Shown here piece by piece: positions 60,991-64,000 of a stretch of DNA of 64,000 nt. Position numbers and translations under genes: made by a program. Below the pieces are notes generated by a model. The model made no database searches. It worked only from the letters and a program-made list of their open reading frames with translations, and had not been told where the DNA came from. The first letter of the stretch is position 1. The number at the start of each line of letters is the position of its first letter. The stretch covers positions 116,994,001 through 117,058,000 of the forward strand of contig NC_086099.1 of NCBI RefSeq assembly GCF_963921235.1, in the 5' to 3' direction. This DNA is from Mobula hypostoma (taxonomy: Eukaryota).

Positions 60991-62904
60991 TGACTGGGGA
61001 AGACTGGGAATGATTTCTTATTGGGAATCTAGAATTAGAGGATGCTGTTCTGGAATTAGGTAGTTTACCACATAAGATGAGAATGTAACTTCTGAATCCT
61101 TGGAATTCTGAGCTACTGAACACTATGGAATCATTAAATGTATTCAAAGTGTAGACCAAGATCAAAGCTATCTTGACCCCTTTGAATAGCAAAACAGGCT
61201 TGAGGTCCATATGACTTATTCCTCTTATTTCTTATATTCAGATGGTTTGCACTGGGAAAACAAGATTGTTAAATGAGGTATGGAGGCCAAAGGAAATCCA
61301 GGCTTCAGGACAAGGCTGATTGTGCTTCATTCATTGTTTGGTGGTTTTGCAAGATGCATAACAGAGCACTCTGCAGTGGCAATATTTAAAATGTTTGGAA
61401 CATGGTAACATCATGAAAAATACTGCGCTCTTGCCTATCTTAGTACAATAAGAAATTGGTTTTTTTCTGAATTATTGTAGGAAATGAATGTCCATCACAA
61501 AAAAATCTTCCATTTCATAAATACATGCCACCACACCCCCTTCTGCCTCTGATAATAGAATTAATAAACTGGAACAGGGAATCAGTTAGTGGCAGGTAGT
61601 CTTCCCGTATATTATGATTTTCCACCATCTACTTTAAGCATGAGAAAATTCTCACGGGGTTTAAAAAATTCTTCTCCTTCAGAATACTAATGAGTACAAT
61701 GTTGCATGTTAATCTTGTTAGTCAGAAATAATTAGATTGAATTAAAATATTAACAATAAATACTATTGATAGAAATGTTTTGGTATGCTTTTAAATCTTG
61801 GCTTGATCTTTTTTAAGGCCGAATGTTTTAGTAAGTAGTGGAACTGGATGGAGATCTATGATTATAATAAATGTCTACTACCTAAAAATCAGATGTGCGT
61901 GAAATATGTACTGAATTGGTGCATTATGTGGGAGGCTGCAGATCAGTTTGTACAACAGGCTCTCTGTGGTTGACTTTAGTCAGGGATTTTTGAAGCAAAT
62001 TTACATCTAATCCTGTTCAGGATGTATTACAGACTGCAGTTAATTTATATCCTTCTCATTGACATTTGGAACAGTATTGAACTTGTCATTTTAATGACTG
62101 AGTTTCTAAGTACTTCCACTTCCATGATGGCACCTCAGCTCAGATACAGGCTTTTCTTTGTTTCAGTCTGTTGCTCGGACAGTGTCTACCTAAGCAAAGC
62201 AAAAGCATTGTTAATTATGACAAACTTGCTTGCAGAGCTATCAGTAGCTTTGTATCTCAAAAATAACTATAAATGGGGATCTTTGTGACATTTCAATGTG
62301 CTAAGGCATTTTGTAAAGTAATTATTTGAAGCCTTGTGAAACTCAAGTTGGTTCCATCAACTTGTATAGGTATGGCTAAGGCGATTTGACATCCTGATGG
62401 ACCTGAAACTGAAAATAATGAAGAAAGAAAGAAAGCTTGCAAAATTTTTACAGTTTTGACCTTTGTAGTCAATAGAGTTTAGAAGAGTGCTCATTGGTTT
62501 TGGGGAAATTTATTTGACACATAAAGAGCACTGACAATATAACCAGCTCTTTTTATCCCTCATCAAATGCTTGTTAGCATGATAAATGGCATCTCCAGTA
62601 GTGAAAAATAGCATTCTAAACTATGGCAGGTTCAGGTTCACAATCTTCTAATTCTGAGATGAGTGTGCTTCAGTTTAGTCAAGGTTGATGCCTTAATTTC
62701 CATAGCTAGAAACATGGTGAGTGTGGCCTGATGGTTGATTTGGGATTATACAGGCAACGGGCAGAGACATAAAGATGTTCTTACTTTGTTATAGGAAAAA
62801 GCCGGAGTCAGAATTATTGAGATTGCTTCAATGCATTCAATGTTTTTGTTGCCTGATACTTTCTTACGCCATATGCAGTTAAAATGTCAATGTTGTTCTT
62901 ATCT

Positions 62905-63735
62905 CATAATCTAAGAAGAATGTAGTACTGCCTCAATGACTATCATCCAGTAGCACTTACATCCATTGTGATGAAGTATGTTGAGAGGTTGATGATGAAA
63001 CATAGCAACTCCTGCCTGAGAAGTGACTTTGATCTGCTCCAGTTTGCCTAGCGTCACAACAGGTCCACAGCAGATGCCATTCCATTGACTCTTCACTCAA
63101 CCCTGAAACATCTGGACAACGAAGATGCATACATCAGGATATTTCTACTAACTACATCTACACATTTAATACTATCATTCCTTCAAAACTAATCAATAAG
63201 CTTTAAGACCTTGGCCTCAGTACCTCCTTGTGCAATTGGATCTTTGATTTCCTCACTTGCAGACCCCAGTCAATTCAGATTGGCAACAACATCTCCTCCA
63301 CAAACTCCATCAGCACAGCTGCACCACGGGCTGTGTGCTTAGCCCCCTGCTCTACTCACTTTATACTTATGACTGTGAGGCTAAGCACAGCTCTAACGGT
63401 ATATTTAGGTTTGCTGAAGACGCTGCTGTTGTTGGCCGAATCAAAGGTGATGATGAATCAGCATATAGGAGGGAGATTGAAAATCTGGCTGGGTGGTGCA
63501 ACAATAACAATCTCCCTCTCATTGTCAGCAAGACCAAAGAGTTGATTATTGACTTCAGGAGGAAGAAACCAGAGGTCCATGAGCCAGTCCTTATCAGAGG
63601 ATCAGAGGTGGAGAGGGTCAGCAACTTTAAATTCCTTGGTATTATTCATTTCAGAGGATCTGTCCTGGGCCCAACACTTATATGCCATTATGAAGAAAGC
63701 TCAGCACTGACTCTACTTCCTTAGAAGTTTGTGAA
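62905..63735 (+). mobile_element. Rex1/Babar-like LINE RT fragment
   Basis: [43 protein letters not shown]. Confidence 0.85.
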
Positions 63736-64000
63736 TACATATAATTTAGACGACGGTAGTAGAATCATTTCAAGCATGTATAACGGTTTGTCAAATCTTA
63801 AAACACATTCGACTTCATACATTAAAACAAAATGGGAGAAGGAGGAGGGATAATAATATCTGAGGAGGACTGGACAATAATATGGAGGTATCAATGGAAG
63901 TGTACCAGTTCACAGAAATGGAGGGAGTTCGTGTGGAAAAACTTGATAAGATATTTTATTACACCCTCTCAGAAATCCCATTATGACAGTAACCCAGCTG

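Noticed and set aside
62022-62288. 88-aa hydrophobic ORF after CAG, considered as an exon of the third gene or KLHL12
   Set aside because: MMAPQLRY does not match KLHL12, and AT-rich DNA readily yields hydrophobic ORFs.

Overview
Repeat-rich vertebrate genomic DNA, not prokaryotic. The repeat mix (CR1, Rex1/Babar-like, RTE, Penelope-like termini, V-SINE-like elements) suggests a cartilaginous fish such as a ray; this is inference only. Two complete spliced protein-coding genes can be assembled by hand on the + strand: MRPL16 (4 coding exons, 16384-22516, 254 aa) and ADIPOR1 (probable non-coding exon near 30.9-31.0 kb, then 7 coding exons, 32568-48130, 374 aa). A third + strand transcription unit probably starts near 52.7 kb (ZNF143 motif, strong splice donor, G-rich intron start), but I cannot identify its coding sequence in the window. 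Most of the rest is decayed transposon sequence: a Gmr1-type (INT-before-RT) Gypsy remnant, an internally deleted PNMA-gag Gypsy carrying a nested solo LTR, a near-intact CR1 ORF2, a full-length decayed RTE containing a 31-bp minisatellite, and mariner and Chapaev-like DNA transposon remnants. The most interesting signals are RNA-structural: minimal hammerhead-ribozyme motifs in Penelope-like termini (including a fold-back insertion with a 14-bp target-site duplication in an MRPL16 intron) and a candidate pseudoknot in the RTE 5' UTR. I found no convincing wholly new biological system. Most supplied ORFs are antisense or frameshifted transposon fragments. All family assignments are from motif recognition, not database searches.
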